Source: Chiloscyllium plagiosum
Lineage: Eukaryota
Length of the DNA: 64,000 nucleotides
Direction of reading: 5' to 3'
NCBI RefSeq assembly: GCF_004010195.1
Contig: NC_057720.1
Coordinates: forward strand, 88,759,672 to 88,823,671
This document shows, piece by piece, positions 51,474-63,925 of the stretch. Below the pieces are notes generated by a model. The model was not told the DNA's origin and ran no database searches. It saw only the letters and a program-made list of their open reading frames with translations. How positions within the stretch are numbered: the stretch's first letter is position 1; each line of letters opens with the position of its first letter. A program made the translations under genes and the position numbers.

Positions 51474-51642
51474 TTAGATTAGATTACTTACAGTGTGGAA
51501 ACAGACCCATTCGGCCCAACAAGTCCACACCGACCCACCAAAGTGCACCCATCCAGACCCATTCCCCTACGTTTACCCCTGCACCTAACACTGCGGGCAA
51601 TTTAGTATGGCCAATTCACCTAACCTGCACATTTTTGGACTG
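51474..51642 (-). mobile_element. HE1-type SINE 3' half
   Basis: (agatt)n tail and body matching the copy at 57607; truncated where the LINE begins. Confidence 0.9.
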
Positions 51643-54600
51643 TTGAATTCATTTATCGCTGGACATTGGCGTGCATCCAGAAAAATTAACAAACAGTGAA
51701 ATTCACAACTAATCTTGGAGGAACCGGTTTGGGAGAGGTCACAGCACCGAAACAGATAAATGGATTTGTGTGTGGTCTTAAAATAAGTCTGCAGTACTGA
51801 GTACAGTGGGTTCTTTATTGATTATATGTTTTATTGAGCTATGTCTCTTGATTAAACTTAAAATATAAGGCATAAATATTAATTTAACTGGGAGCAGGGT
51901 TTTGTCAAGGAATGACACAGTGCTATTTTCTGGGTCTTTAGATTGAGAGAAGCAAAAATGGCCCTGAGTAGAGTGATATGCTCTTCTTGCCAGATGTGGG
52001 AGTTTAGGGAGTGATTACAGGTTACTGAGAATTATATCTGCAATAAATGCCATTGGTTGCAATTCGTATCAGATCGAATGGATCAGTTGGAGAGGCAGTT
52101 AGAGGTAATGAGGAATTTACAAGAGCAAGGGGATGTGATGGATGGCAGTTATAGGAAGGGGAGGATGTCTCAGATACAGTCACATAGATGGGTTAACTCC
52201 AGGAAAGGTAAGAGAGGTAGGCAGGTAGTGCAGGAGTCATCTGTGGCCATCCCCATTTCAAACAAGTATGCTGTTTTGGAAAATGTAGGAGGTGATGGAT
52301 TCTCAGGGGAATGTAGCACGAACAGTCAAGTTTCTGGTATTGAGATTGGCTCGAATGTAATGAGAGGTATGCATGAGGGTTCCAAGCAATCAATTGTGTT
52401 AGGGGACTCTCTAGTCCAAGGTATAGACAGACATTTCTGTGACCAGCAGGGAAAAATCAGAATGGTGTGTTGCTTCCCCGGTGCCAGGATCAAGGAAGTC
52501 TCAGAAAGGGTGCAGAATGTTCTCAAGGGAGAGCGGAGTCAGCAAGAGGTCATTGTACACATTGGAACCAATGATATAGGAAGGGAAAAGGTTAAGATTC
52601 TGATGGGAGATTTTAGAGAGTTAGGCAGGAATTTGAAAAGGAGGTCCTCGAGAGCAGTAATATCTGGATTACTCCCAGTGCTACAAGCTAGTGAGGGCAG
52701 GGAAAGGAGGATAGAGCAGATGAATGCATGGCTGAGGATGTGGTGTATGGGAGAAGGATTCATATTTTTGGATCATTGGAAGCTGTTTTGGGGTAAAAGC
52801 GACCTGTACAAGAAGGAAGGATTGCACTTAAATTGGGAGGGGACTAATGAACTGGCAGGGAGATTTGCGAGAGCTGCTCGGGAGGATTTAAACTAGTGAG
52901 ATGGGGGTGTGGGACCCAGGAAGATAGTGAGGAAAGATTTCAACCTGAGACCGGTACAGTTGAGAACAAAGGCGAGTTAAACAGGGCAGGCAGGGACAAA
53001 GCAGGGAACAAGGTATGACTGAAATTAAACTGCATTTATTTCAATGCAAGAGGCCTAACAGGGAAGACAGATTAACTCAGGGCATGGAATGGGATATCAT
53101 AGCAATTACAGAAACATGGCTCAGGGATGGACAGGACTGGCAGTTTAATGTTCCAGGATATAAATGCTACAGGAAGGATAAAAAGGGAGACAAAAGAGGA
53201 GGGGGATGGCGTTTTTGATAAGGGATAGCAGTAAAGCTGGGCTGAGGGAGGATATTCTCAGAAATACATCCAAGAAAGTTATTTGGATTGAACTGAGAAA
53301 TAAGAAAAGGATGATCACTTTATAGGGATTGTATTATAGACCCCCTAATAGTCAAAAGGAAAATGAGAAACAAATTTGTAAGGAGATCTCAGCTATCTGT
53401 AAGAATAATAGGGTGGTTATGGTAAGGGATTTTGACTTTCTAAACATAGACTGGGACTGGCATAGTGTGAACAGTTTATATGGAGAGGAATTTGTTAAGT
53501 GTGTACAAGACAATTTTCTGATTCAGTATGTGAATGTACCTACAAGAGAAGGTGCAAACCTTGACCTACTCTTAGGAAATAAGGCAGGGCAGGTGACTGG
53601 GGGGTCAGTGGGGGAGCAACTTTGGGGCCAGCGACCATAATTCTATTAGATTTAAAATAGTGATGGAAAAGGAAAGGTCAGATCTAAAAGTTGAAGTTCT
53701 AACTTGGAGGAAGGCCAGTTTTAACGGCATTAAGCATGAACTTTTAAAACCTGATTGGGGGCAGATGTTCACAGGTAAAGGGACGGCTGGAAAATGGGAA
53801 ACCTTCAGAATTGAGATAACATGAGATAGCTTTGGCAAATAGAGTTAAGGAGAATCCAAAGGGTTTTTACAAATACACTAAGGACAAAAGGGTAACTAGG
53901 GAGAAAATAGGGCCCCTCAAAGATCTGGAAGGCGGCCTATGTGTGGAGCTGCAGGAGATGGGGAGATACTAAATGAGTATTTTGCATCAGTATATAGCAT
54001 TGGAAGCTATAGAATGTAGGGAAATAGGTGGTGGTATCTTGAAAAATGTCTATAGTACAGAGGAGGAAGTGCTGGATATCTTGAAATACATAAAAGTGGA
54101 TAAATCCCCAGGACCTGATCAGGTGTACCCTAGAACTCTGTGGGAAGCTAGGGAAATGATTGCTGGGCTTCTTACAGAGATATTTGTATCATTGATAATC
54201 ACAAGTGAGCTGCCGGAAGACTGGGGGTTGATTAACATGATGCCACTCTTTAAGAAGGGTAGTAAGGACAAGCCAGGGAACTGTAGACCAGTGAGCCTGA
54301 TGTCGGTGGTGGGCAAGTTGTTGGAGGGAATCCTGAGAGACTGGATGTACATGTATTTGGAAAGGCAAGGACTGATTCGGGGTAATCAGCATGGCTTTGT
54401 ACGTGGGAAATCATGTTGCACAAACTTGATTGAGGTTTTTGAAGAAGTAACAAAGAGGATTGATAGGGCAGAACGGTAGATGTGATCTATATGGACGTCA
54501 GTAAGATATTCGACAAAGTTTCTCATTGGTGACTGGTTAGCAAGGTTAGATCTCATGGAATACAGGGAGAACTAGCCATTTGGCTACAGAAGACAGAGGG

Positions 54601-55648
54601 TGGTGGTGGAGGGTTGTTTTTCAGACTGGAGGCCTGTGACCAGTGGAGTACCACAAGGATCGGTGCTGGGTCCACTATTTTTCATCATTTATATAAATGA
54701 TTTGGATGTGAGCATAAGAGGTACAGTTAGTAAGTTTGCAGATGACACCAAAATTGGAGGTGTAGTGGACGGCAAAGAAGGTTACCTCAGATTACAACGG
54801 GATCTTGGTCAGATGGGCCAATGGGCTGAGAAGTGGCAAATGGAGTTTAACTCAGATACATGCAAGGTGCTGCATTTTGGGAAAGCAAATCTTAGCAGGA
54901 TTTATACACTTAATAGTAAGGTCCTCAGGAGTGTTGCTGAACAAAGAGACCTTGGAGTGCAGGTTCATAGCTCTTTGAAAGTGGAGTCGCAGATAGATAG
55001 GAAACTGAAGAAGCATTTGTTATGCTTTTCTTTATTGGTCAGAGTATTGAGTACAGGAGATGGGAGGTCATGTTGCGGCCACTGTTAGGTTAGGCCACTG
55101 TTGGAATATTGCGTGAAATTCTTGTCTCCTTTCTATCGGAAAGATGTTGTGAAACTTGAAAGGGTTCAGAAAAGATTTACAAGGATATTGCCAGGGTTGG
55201 AGGATTTGAACTATAGGGGAGGTTGAATAGACTGGGGCTGTTTTCCCTGGAGTGGCGGATGCTGAAGGGTGACCTTGTAGAGATTTATAAAATCATGAGG
55301 GGCATGGATAGGCCAAATAGGCAAAGTCTTTTCCCTGGAGTCGGGGAGTCCAGAAGTAGAGGTCATAGGTTTAGGACGAGAGGGGAAAGATATAAAAGAG
55401 ACCTAAGGGGCAACTTTTTCACACAGAGGGTGGTGTGTGTATGGAATGAGCTGCCAGAGGAAGTAGTGGAGGCTGGTACAACTACAACATTTAAAAGGCA
55501 TCTGGATGGGTATATGAATAGGAAGGGTTTGGAGGGATATGAGCCGGGTGCTGGCAGGTGGGGCTAGATTGGTTTGGGTTATCTGGTTGGCATGGACAAT
55601 TTGGACCAAAGGGTCTGTTTCCGTGCTGTACATCTCCATGACTCTATA
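51643..55648 (+). mobile_element. near-full-length inactive HER1/CR1 LINE
   Basis: 5' UTR, ORF1, ORF2 endonuclease and RT in fragments (IIAITETW, YYRPP, GVPQGSVLGP, SKFADDTK, NFFTQRVV), deletion near 53820, 3' tail catgactctat. The 5' boundary is approximate. Confidence 0.95.
51958..52896 (+). pseudogene. LINE ORF1: CxxC...CxxC zinc finger, coiled coil, SGNH esterase; one early stop
   Basis: MALSRVICSSCQMWEFRE*LQVTENYICNKC, then LGDSLVQG, HIGTND, EGLHLN. Confidence 0.9.
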
Positions 55649-57020
55649 TGAGGGCATGAGAGATGTGGAAGTTTACAATCCCTGAAAGTAATTGATTTAA
55701 TTGTAATTGCAATTTGAATGCTGATGAATTACTCTGTGGAAGAGGGCCAAGATGGTAAGATGACAATCAACGTTACTCTCACTCATGAAGCAAGTCTATC
55801 CAGTGAGTGGCATGAGCCACAGATTCAAGGAAATTCCCATCATTAACAGGATCTATGGTTGAAGAGGGTGACCTGGAATCCGGTTCTCAAACTGATTGGC
55901 AAGAATGCAAACATTGAGCATTTCTCAATCACTAAGACCATTTATTTTTATAAAACCAACTGGTTCTCAGATCCTTGGAAGAGAGGGGAGGGTGCTGATG
56001 GGGTGGGAGACAATGAAAGAAGAACAAGAGTTGTTTATAATCTGACGTGAACTATGCCAAAAGGTAAAGGAAGGAGGCTGGCTCAGTCAAATTTCTCCAC
56101 AGACACAGAGGGAGAAAAAATGAGGTAACCATTATGAATGGATTCCTGTTCCACTTGTTCAAGACAGACTCAATAGAAGAAATACAGCAGTCTGTTTTCT
56201 GCAGGCCAGAGAGAGCCATGAATCCATTGCTTAAGCTGAGGTGGCCATGAATCAGAGATGGTCAAATAGTAGCCGAGTAGAACAACAAAAAGTTCTGTAA
56301 CTGTTCAAGAAATTACATCGGGGTCGATCAGCCCATAATGCTCCAATAATGTTCAAATCTGAAAATCCATTGTGTTTTTAGCTTCCAATTGTGGGTACTT
56401 CTATTAACCCGACAATCTTCACTTACTAAACCAATGAGTATAAATTTCATTTTTCACTGGGGAATAGTTATGGGTGCATCTGTCAACTGAGTAAGTGCCT
56501 GTAATGGATGAGGGTGGCAGTTCATAACAGTAAGTGCAAGCTTCCAAGAGGCAGTGTCAATGTAGCTATAATGTCTGAGACTCACATAATTAACCTGTCA
56601 GTTGACTGCTTTGATCACCATTAATCTGTTAGTCATACCCCACGTTATGAATCATGGTGTGTTCTGTTAATTTACTTCCTTCAGTTGTTGATCGAGCCAA
56701 AGCAACTATCATTAGTTTACTTTTACGAGGCTGGTTCTGTTTCCCATAAAATCTGAGGTGCAGGACCCATGAAGGGTGCAGGTCAAGATAATTTACAGCA
56801 ATATCTGTCAAATTTTGAATCTGATATTTGTTATTGTCATTGACAGTCAGTAGTTTAAACAAAGTGTCAGTTTATTACAAGAAAGTCATCTTTTTGCACT
56901 GACATTGACGAAAACAGTATAGACTAAACAAATCAGATGAAAAAGAAAACTCTCAATGGAATTTTCTGTAGCTGCCTGACAATGATGTGAAAGTCTATTT
57001 TCTTTTTCGAGATCTGAGCA

Positions 57021-57324
57021 GTTTGGCTCAGTGGTGAGCACTGCTGCCTCACAGCGCCAGGGACCTGGATTAGATTCCAACCTCGGGCGACTGAATGTAT
57101 GAAGTTTGCACATTTTTCTCGTGTCTGTGTGGACTTCCCCCAGGTGCTCCAATTTCGTCCCACAGTCCAGAGACATACGGGTTAGGTGGATTAGCCATGG
57201 TAAATGTGAGGTGAAGGGGGATAGGGTAGGGGACTAGGTGTGGGTGGGATGCTCTTCAGAGGGTCGATGTCAACTGGATTGGCCAAATGGTTTCTTTCCC
57301 CATTATAGAGATTCTGTGATTCTA
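57021..57324 (+). mobile_element. HE1-type SINE (diverged)
   Basis: Head tggctcagtggtgagcactgctgcctcacagcgccagggacc; (gattct)-type tail. Confidence 0.9.
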
Positions 57325-57606
57325 TGAATTTGCATCACTGGAGAATTTCCAGGTATTGAAAGAATAAGAAGGGAATGCGATTGGTGAGCAACTTAATTTT
57401 TTAGAAACTATTTGGAAATTTCCCTGTTGTGCTTTTACCTGTTTGCTTGATGGACAACGAAACCACTCGTGAGTTATTTGTCGTGTCCAACTACTTCTAC
57501 CCACTTTGAAAGTTGTTTAAAATTAATTTCAATGCCTGTGGTGGACATCTATTGGTTAAAAAGTAATAACCAACGGGAAGTAAACAAAGCCCAGACAGTT
57601 CACAGT

Positions 57607-57908
57607 GATTAGATTAGATTACAGTGTGGAAACAGGTCCTTCAGCCCAACAAGTCCACACCGACCCGCCGAAGCGAAACCCACCCATACCCCTACATTTA
57701 CCCCTTACCTAACACTACGGGCAATTTAGCATGGCCAATTCACCTAACCTGCACATCTTTGGACTGTGGGAGGAAACCGGAGCACCCGGAGGAAACCCAC
57801 GCAGACACGGGGAGAACGTGCAAACTCCACACAGTCAGTCGCCTGAGGCAGGAATTGAACCCGGGTCTCTGGCGCTGTGAGGCAGTAGTGCTAACTACTG
57901 TGCCACCG
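57607..57908 (-). mobile_element. young HE1-type SINE
   Basis: CpG-rich; nearly identical to 62841-63157. Confidence 0.95.
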
Positions 57909-58199
57909 TTGATATTAAACAACGTTATGGAAATGTGAGTTGTGAGTATCATAGGTTGCAAACCCAAGAGTAGATACGGTCAGTAAATTTCACTTAAACG
58001 TACAAATTTTAGTTTCCAATCCTTCTTGGCCTGGCATGGACTTCAAGTCTCGATGCGATTCCTTGAAGTGTGGTCCCACTGTGGCTGAGCGCTTAAGAAA
58101 GACGGTAATGTTTGAACTTTCAGCTTTATTTCTTTATTTTCCACTTAAAACTAAGAAGGCTGAAATGTGCAAATTTTAACCTTATTTTGTATATTTTAC

Positions 58200-58382
58200 A
58201 TTATACTTTTATTACTGCAATGTTTAACTTTTAACTTTGTTCTTTCTTTCCAACTTGTTAAGATTCTGCACCGAGGTACTTTGTATCTAAGATGGTGTCT
58301 TGTATGGTGACATGATACACTTTTCACTGTAAACTCCTGTACTTTTGCACCTGAGTACCTTTGACAATAGAAATCAAATCCA
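58200..58382 (+). mobile_element. probable LINE 3' UTR remnant
   Basis: acacttttcactgt...tgagtacctttgacaatagaaatcaaatc ends like the Rex1-type tail; family uncertain. Confidence 0.4.
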
Positions 58383-59517
58383 GTACAAAAGATTTTTTTC
58401 CTAATGACTGCAATGTGCATTGTTTTCTTTTTCCAGTGAAAATTAACCATTTTGGTAAGATTAATACAGTTGAGTTATTACTGCTCTTAATGCCTAGTAT
58501 GGTTGAATGATGTTCCTGTTAGCAATTTTGGTGGAGGGCAATTCCTCACTCTTATCAAAAAGATTAATCGCCTTGTTAAAAAACAGTCACAGCAAAATCT
58601 TGTCTGCCAACAGTAATTTCTAGCTTTGTGTCAGAAGAAGTTGGAAATGTACAGTACATGGATCAGCATCAAAAAGTAAAAGACAGAGTATTGTTTAGGC
58701 ATGATTCTTCACCCGAACTCAGTTCTACAGGTTTATTAATACCTATTCCCTTTTATTCTTTAAGAAGTTAGTTTAAAAACAACTATATAAAATAGAGAAA
58801 TTGGATTGATTGCTGTCAGGTGTTGCAAAAGCTTCTAATGAACAAATAAATCTGATAAATTAGTGAACACTGTAACTTGCAGTGAAGTTTGTACGACTGT
58901 AACAGTTTTCTTATTGCAAGTATCTGCAACCCTCTTCTAGAATAGATTAACCATGACTGGAAGACGAGAATTACAATCAATTCCAAAAAAAAAATCAGAA
59001 AATATAGCACATTATAATCGAAAATCCAAAGGCTGCTGAGGATGTCCCTAGGGCTCTAACTCGTGACCTCAGCACTCAATCGCTGTAATAAAAGAGGTAA
59101 AATATTAGAATATCTGCAGATTGAGTTACAAAAAGTTCTGTCCCACTGCACATGCAGACCAACTCCTCACTTTCATCTGTCATATGGCTTATGTAAAGCA
59201 GGTTTATTCTGTCACATTTATTGGGGCAGTTATGTCTTTACAGGTTAGCATGTATGCAGCAAGTATAGTCCAGACTAGACCAATGTACAAAAACAAACCA
59301 TTTGCCCTGTGTACATTGAGAGTGCACATTCTCAAATAACAAATATTGCAAATACATGAAATATTAAAGAAAAACGGAAAGCGCAGCAAATATTCAGCTG
59401 CTGAGAAAATTTTATGCATAGCTTTTTGTCTGTTGAAGGATGGCACCTGATATATTAAGCTGAAAATTCTTCCTACTGATGGGGGAAGTAAAGGCTACAG
59501 CAAGAAATTTGGTTAGA

Positions 59518-59690
59518 GACAAAAAAACACTGCCAATGCTGGAATCCAAAGTAGATAGGTAGGAGGCTAGAAGAACACAGCAAGCCAGGCAGCATCAGGA
59601 GGTGCAGAAGGGTTACACCCGAAACATTGACTTCTCCATCTCCTGATGCTGCCTGGCTTGCTGTGTTCTTCCTGTCTTCTGCCTGTCTCT
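59518..59690 (-). mobile_element. PLE-derived fold-back insertion (family D) with partial hammerhead
   Basis: Arms gaagaacacagcaagccaggcagcatcaggag and ctcctgatgctgcctggcttgctgtgttcttc; centre cagaaGGGTtacACCCgaaac; left tail actgccaatgctggaatc. Confidence 0.8.
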
Positions 59691-60457
59691 AGTAACAAAC
59701 TAGCAGGACTGATACCTGAGCTTCGAGTGAACGCGTTGAGAGTAAAAAGTTGATCTGTACCAAATCCATTCCATATCTTGAGTGAGAGTGTTTCATGGAG
59801 CACTGTAGAATAAACTCTATTCTGCATTGAACAGAGGAGACTATGCATCATATTTTATCAGAGCGAGGGATGGGCTTGAACAGTTGGTGACTGTAAAAGT
59901 GCAGGTGATTGTTGTACTTAACCTTACAAAGAACTATGCTCAAAATGTGGGAACATCATGACATGAGATACAATCATACAAATACCATTTGCTTCAATCG
60001 CATACTGCATGCTGCATTTAAGATTAATAACTACATTTTTTATATTAATAGATGAAAACATAGCAAAGATGCAGAAAGCAGATTACCATGAACATGTTAT
60101 TCTGTTTTCAAAAGGATGATATATCGTTATACATTCTTCATCACTAGGGTTAAGTCTAATCACTTAGAATTGAATGGAATTTTCAGCACAGAAGTAGGTT
60201 ATGAAGCACAACTATTTCATATGAACCTCTTCCGTCCACTTTTCAACTCACCCTGAGTATAAACCTTCTATCCTTCTAATCCTTCTGTAGCGCTACTTCT
60301 TGACAGCGCTGTGGGTGTACCCACACTACGCAGACTGCAACCTTTCAAGAAGGTGTTTCACAGATACCTTCTGCAGCACAGTTAGGGCAAGGTAATTAGA
60401 GCGAGCCTAGCCACCAAAGTAAATGGTTCTTCCTCCTGTCCTTGTCTAACATCCATG

Positions 60458-60663
60458 GAGTTTGTTAGCTTGGATGGTTGGGTTGCAACGTAGAATGTTA
60501 CCAACATCATGGGTTTAATTCCCACACCAGCTGTTGTTACTATGAAGGATTCTCCTTCTTAAACTTTCCCCTTACCTGAGGGGGTGTTGTGTCTCTCAAG
60601 TTATTTCTCTGTAATGAGAGAGCAGCCCAATGACCTGGTAGGACTATGGTGATTTTACCTTTG
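60458..60663 (+). mobile_element. tRNA-derived SINE of a different family
   Basis: B-box-like gggtttaattccc; 3' end ggactatggtgattttaccttt. Confidence 0.55.
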
Positions 60664-60908
60664 TCTAAGTTGTCTTTAAATGCAGCTACGCTGTTCACCT
60701 GAGCTATTTCATGCAGTCATCATTTCCACATTCCCATCATTCTCTGGAATTTTTTCGCCTGCATTCCTTCCTTATTAGAGTTATTTGCAACTGTTCATGA
60801 TCGATAAATGTCAGTGAAAACATTTTCTCTGTGTCGACCGCATTAAACCCTTGCATCATCTTAAACAACCTCCATCAGATAACTGATCAACCTACTCTTT
60901 TTTTCAGA

Positions 60909-61223
60909 GGTCGCAGGGTGTCTCAGTGGTTAGCACTGTTGCCTCACAGCGCCAGGGACCTGGGTTCGGTTCCATGCTTGGGCGACTGTCTATGTGGAGT
61001 ATGCACATTCTCCCCATGTCTTCAGTTTCCTCCCACAATCCAAAGATGGTGCAGGTTAGGTAAATTGGCCATGCTAAATTGCGCATTGTGTTCAGGGATG
61101 TGTAAGTTAGGTGCATTAGTCAAGGGTAAAACGTGGACTAGTAGGGTAGTGGAATGGGCCTGGATGAGTTACTGTTCGGACTTGTTGTGCCAAAAGCCCT
61201 GTTTCCACACTATAGGGATTCTA
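60909..61223 (+). mobile_element. HE1-type SINE
   Basis: Head ctcagtggttagcactgttgcctcacagcgccagggacc; tail ccacactatagggattcta. Confidence 0.9.
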
Positions 61224-62349
61224 CTGCCATTGTTGAAGCATCATTAGTACAAGGATTATAAGGAATAAGGAGAAGGCCCACTACAATGTCCAATAAGTAC
61301 GGTCTTGGCAGCATCACTCCCACTCAAAGAACAAATCTAAAAGAAATTAGTTGATGAGAAAATCTAACAGATATGTCTCCTTTGCCTATCAGCACCAATA
61401 CAGTAGATTGCCTGATTAATCTGACACTCATTCCATTATGCAAGCAGTTGAAATAGTAATAATTGAACACTTTATATGTTCTTTGAGATTAAAGAAAATA
61501 TCCAAGATGGATCTGAAGTGAATGCTTATGGAAGTAGAAGGATATCATTGATGCCTGCCTGTCAGCTCAATAGCATAGCATTGACAGAAAAGTGTTATTA
61601 AAAAGTATACTCCTACTGTTGTCATTGTCAGGCAGATTAGCCAGAGAAGAAAAGAAATGAAGTATTAATAGAGACAGTGCATCAAGAATCAAATCATGTC
61701 CCCAAGGTCTTTCTGAATGAGACATCAACTGTGTACTTCAGCTGGAGCCTGAGAACCAGAAAGTCAGCAATTTAACCTCTACCCAGCTCAGACTGACTCA
61801 TGCTGCAAACCTCTCTGGATGTTGCTTGAGGCAACCCCAGCCACAGGCACTTGATGTCTGCCTTCTTGCAAACACCATCCTCACTTAAGCCATCAATATC
61901 TCAACGTACTTCGATTCTGAAACAGAAAGAAGAAGCTTTTACAAATACACAGTGGTTCAGTTGAGGGAAAGTAATATTTTCAGTAAGAACCTATTGCCAC
62001 ATTCTCTACAAATACTGATAGAGCTATGTCCATTTTCAGCAGTAAGCCAAAGATGTTTTCAGTGTGTCTGGGACTGGATAGCTCAGATATAGTTGAACTT
62101 GCAACCAAAATGTGAACCTGTCCACGATACATTATAAAGGCTAATAGCTTTAATTTCTGGTTGTATAATGGCAAAGAACAGTAGGGGAGCCCTTCAGTTT
62201 CTCATGAGGCCAGATCATCTGGACTTGCACAGGCCATAGGCTGTCACATGCTGAAGCCTTGGGTTAAGTTTGTACATTTTTGTTAATGAAGACAGAGTAC
62301 TAACTAAACAGGAAAGGGTATACAAAATGGAGCGATGTTTCCAATCGCA

Positions 62350-62560
62350 GAAGAAATTCAAACAAAGGCCCATAAGTACAATACCATCATGAATAAATCC
62401 CGTAAGGAACTCAAGAGAAACCTCTTTCCCCCAGAAAGTGGTGAGAATGTGAAATTTGCCATCACGAGTTAATGTGTGTAGCGCAGAATGCATATCAGAG
62501 AGTAGATAATTCCATGAGGAATCAATAATGTCAGACAAATAGGGATGAAGGAAGCTCATC
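62350..62560 (+). mobile_element. old CR1 3' fragment
   Basis: gaactcaagagaaacctctttccccagaaagtggtgagaatgtgaaatttgcc. Confidence 0.6.
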
Positions 62561-62840
62561 TGGAACAGAAACACTGGAATTGAACCAATTCAGTGAACTT
62601 CTTTATTCATTTACCTCCTTGGTTTGTTAGACCAAAATTAATTTATAAAGGATCCCTTTCCTTATTGTATACTTTTCTCCCAGACCCAAATAAAGTTACG
62701 TTTTAACAGGAGCCAATTTAATCAAGTTTTCTTGAAATAATGGAAAGTGTGAGCTTCTGAATTAAATGTGAGAAGAAATGGCTAATTCCTAATTTAAAAG
62801 ACTCAATCAACTGTGTCAAGTGCAGATCAGAGTTCAACAC

Positions 62841-63157
62841 TTTAGATTAGATTACATTACAGTGTGGAAACAGGCCCTTCAGCCCAACAAGTCCACACCG
62901 ACCCGCCGAAGCGAAACCCACCCATACCCCTACATTTACCCCTTACCTAACACTACGGGCAATTTAGTATAGCCAATTCACCTGGCCCTGCACATCTTTG
63001 TGACTGTGGGAGGAAACCGGAGCACCCGGAGGAAACCCACGCAGACATGGGGAGAACGTGCAAACTCCACACAGTCAGTCGCCTGAGGCAGGAATTGAAC
63101 CTGGGTCTCTGGCGCTGTGAGGCAGCAGTGCTAACCACTGTGCCACTGTGCCGCCCA
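62841..63157 (-). mobile_element. young full-length HE1-type SINE
   Basis: Complete head gggcggcacagtggcacagtggttagc through to the (tctaa)n tail. Confidence 0.95.
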
Positions 63158-63597
63158 CTTCTTTCTAATTTCATTCTTGAAAGGTCTGGTTCTAATTTTT
63201 AAACTTTGTTCTAAACACTCCAACTAATGGAATTAGTTTCTCTCAACCTATCCTATTCTTTACACCTAATGCCTGGAAAACATCAAGAAGATCAGCCGTG
63301 AACGAGCGAAATTTTACAGAATACAACCTTCATTAGTTTTATCTTTCCTCTCAATTGAATCCTTAGAATCAAAGTAACATTCTAGTTAAGTAATCGATAC
63401 AATGAGAAATCAGCGAAGAATCACAGCACTGACACCTACCAGTTTGAGTGAGTTGTTTCTACAATCCTTGGGAAACTGCAGTTGATCTGAGTACCTTTGC
63501 ATTGCTCGGGAGGGAGTGACAGAATGTGTACAATCAGACCCCTGACAAAGTTCCTCAAACCATTACAGTTCCAGATGGGATAAGCAAAACTCTTGTT

Positions 63598-63925
63598 CTT
63601 TATTCATTCACGGGATGAGTGCCAGCATTTATTGCCCATCCCTAATCGCCCAGAGGGCAGTTAAGAGTCAACTACATTGCTGTGGGTCTGGAGTCACATG
63701 TAAGCCAGACTCAGTAAGGATTATAGTTTCTGTCCTTAAAGAACATTAGTGAGCCAGATGGTGTTTTTCCCAACAATAGCTTCATGGTCTTAATTGCAGA
63801 TTTTAAAAAAATATTAAATTCAAATTCCACCATCTGCTGTGAGGGGATTTGTACCTGAGTCCCCAGAACATTAGCTGGGTCCCTGGATTAACAGCCCAGC
63901 TATAATACCCCTAGGCCATTGCCAT
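63598..63925 (-). mobile_element. tRNA-derived SINE sharing its 3' tail with the second CR1-type LINE family
   Basis: Minus strand has A-box tggcctaggggta, B-box-like ggtacaaatcc and tail gggcgattagggatgggcaataaatgctgg...atcccgtgaatgaataa. Confidence 0.8.

Noticed and set aside
58013-58104. Exon-like segment with one open frame
   Set aside because: Weak pyrimidine tract and unrecognisable peptide.
366-59690. Hairpin elements as DNA-transposon MITEs or miRNA precursors
   Set aside because: The one-sided tail, variable long TSDs, hammerhead cores and link to PLE RT fit a retroelement origin; there is no miRNA evidence.
61885-61940. Strong minus-strand acceptor (cttcttctttctgtttcag)
   Set aside because: All three frames stop within about 11 codons and no partner exons were found.
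8174-63157. tRNA-like A/B boxes and recurring SINE-derived ORFs (e.g. GNLAWPIHLTCT)
   Set aside because: These are SINE heads and bodies, not tRNA or protein genes.
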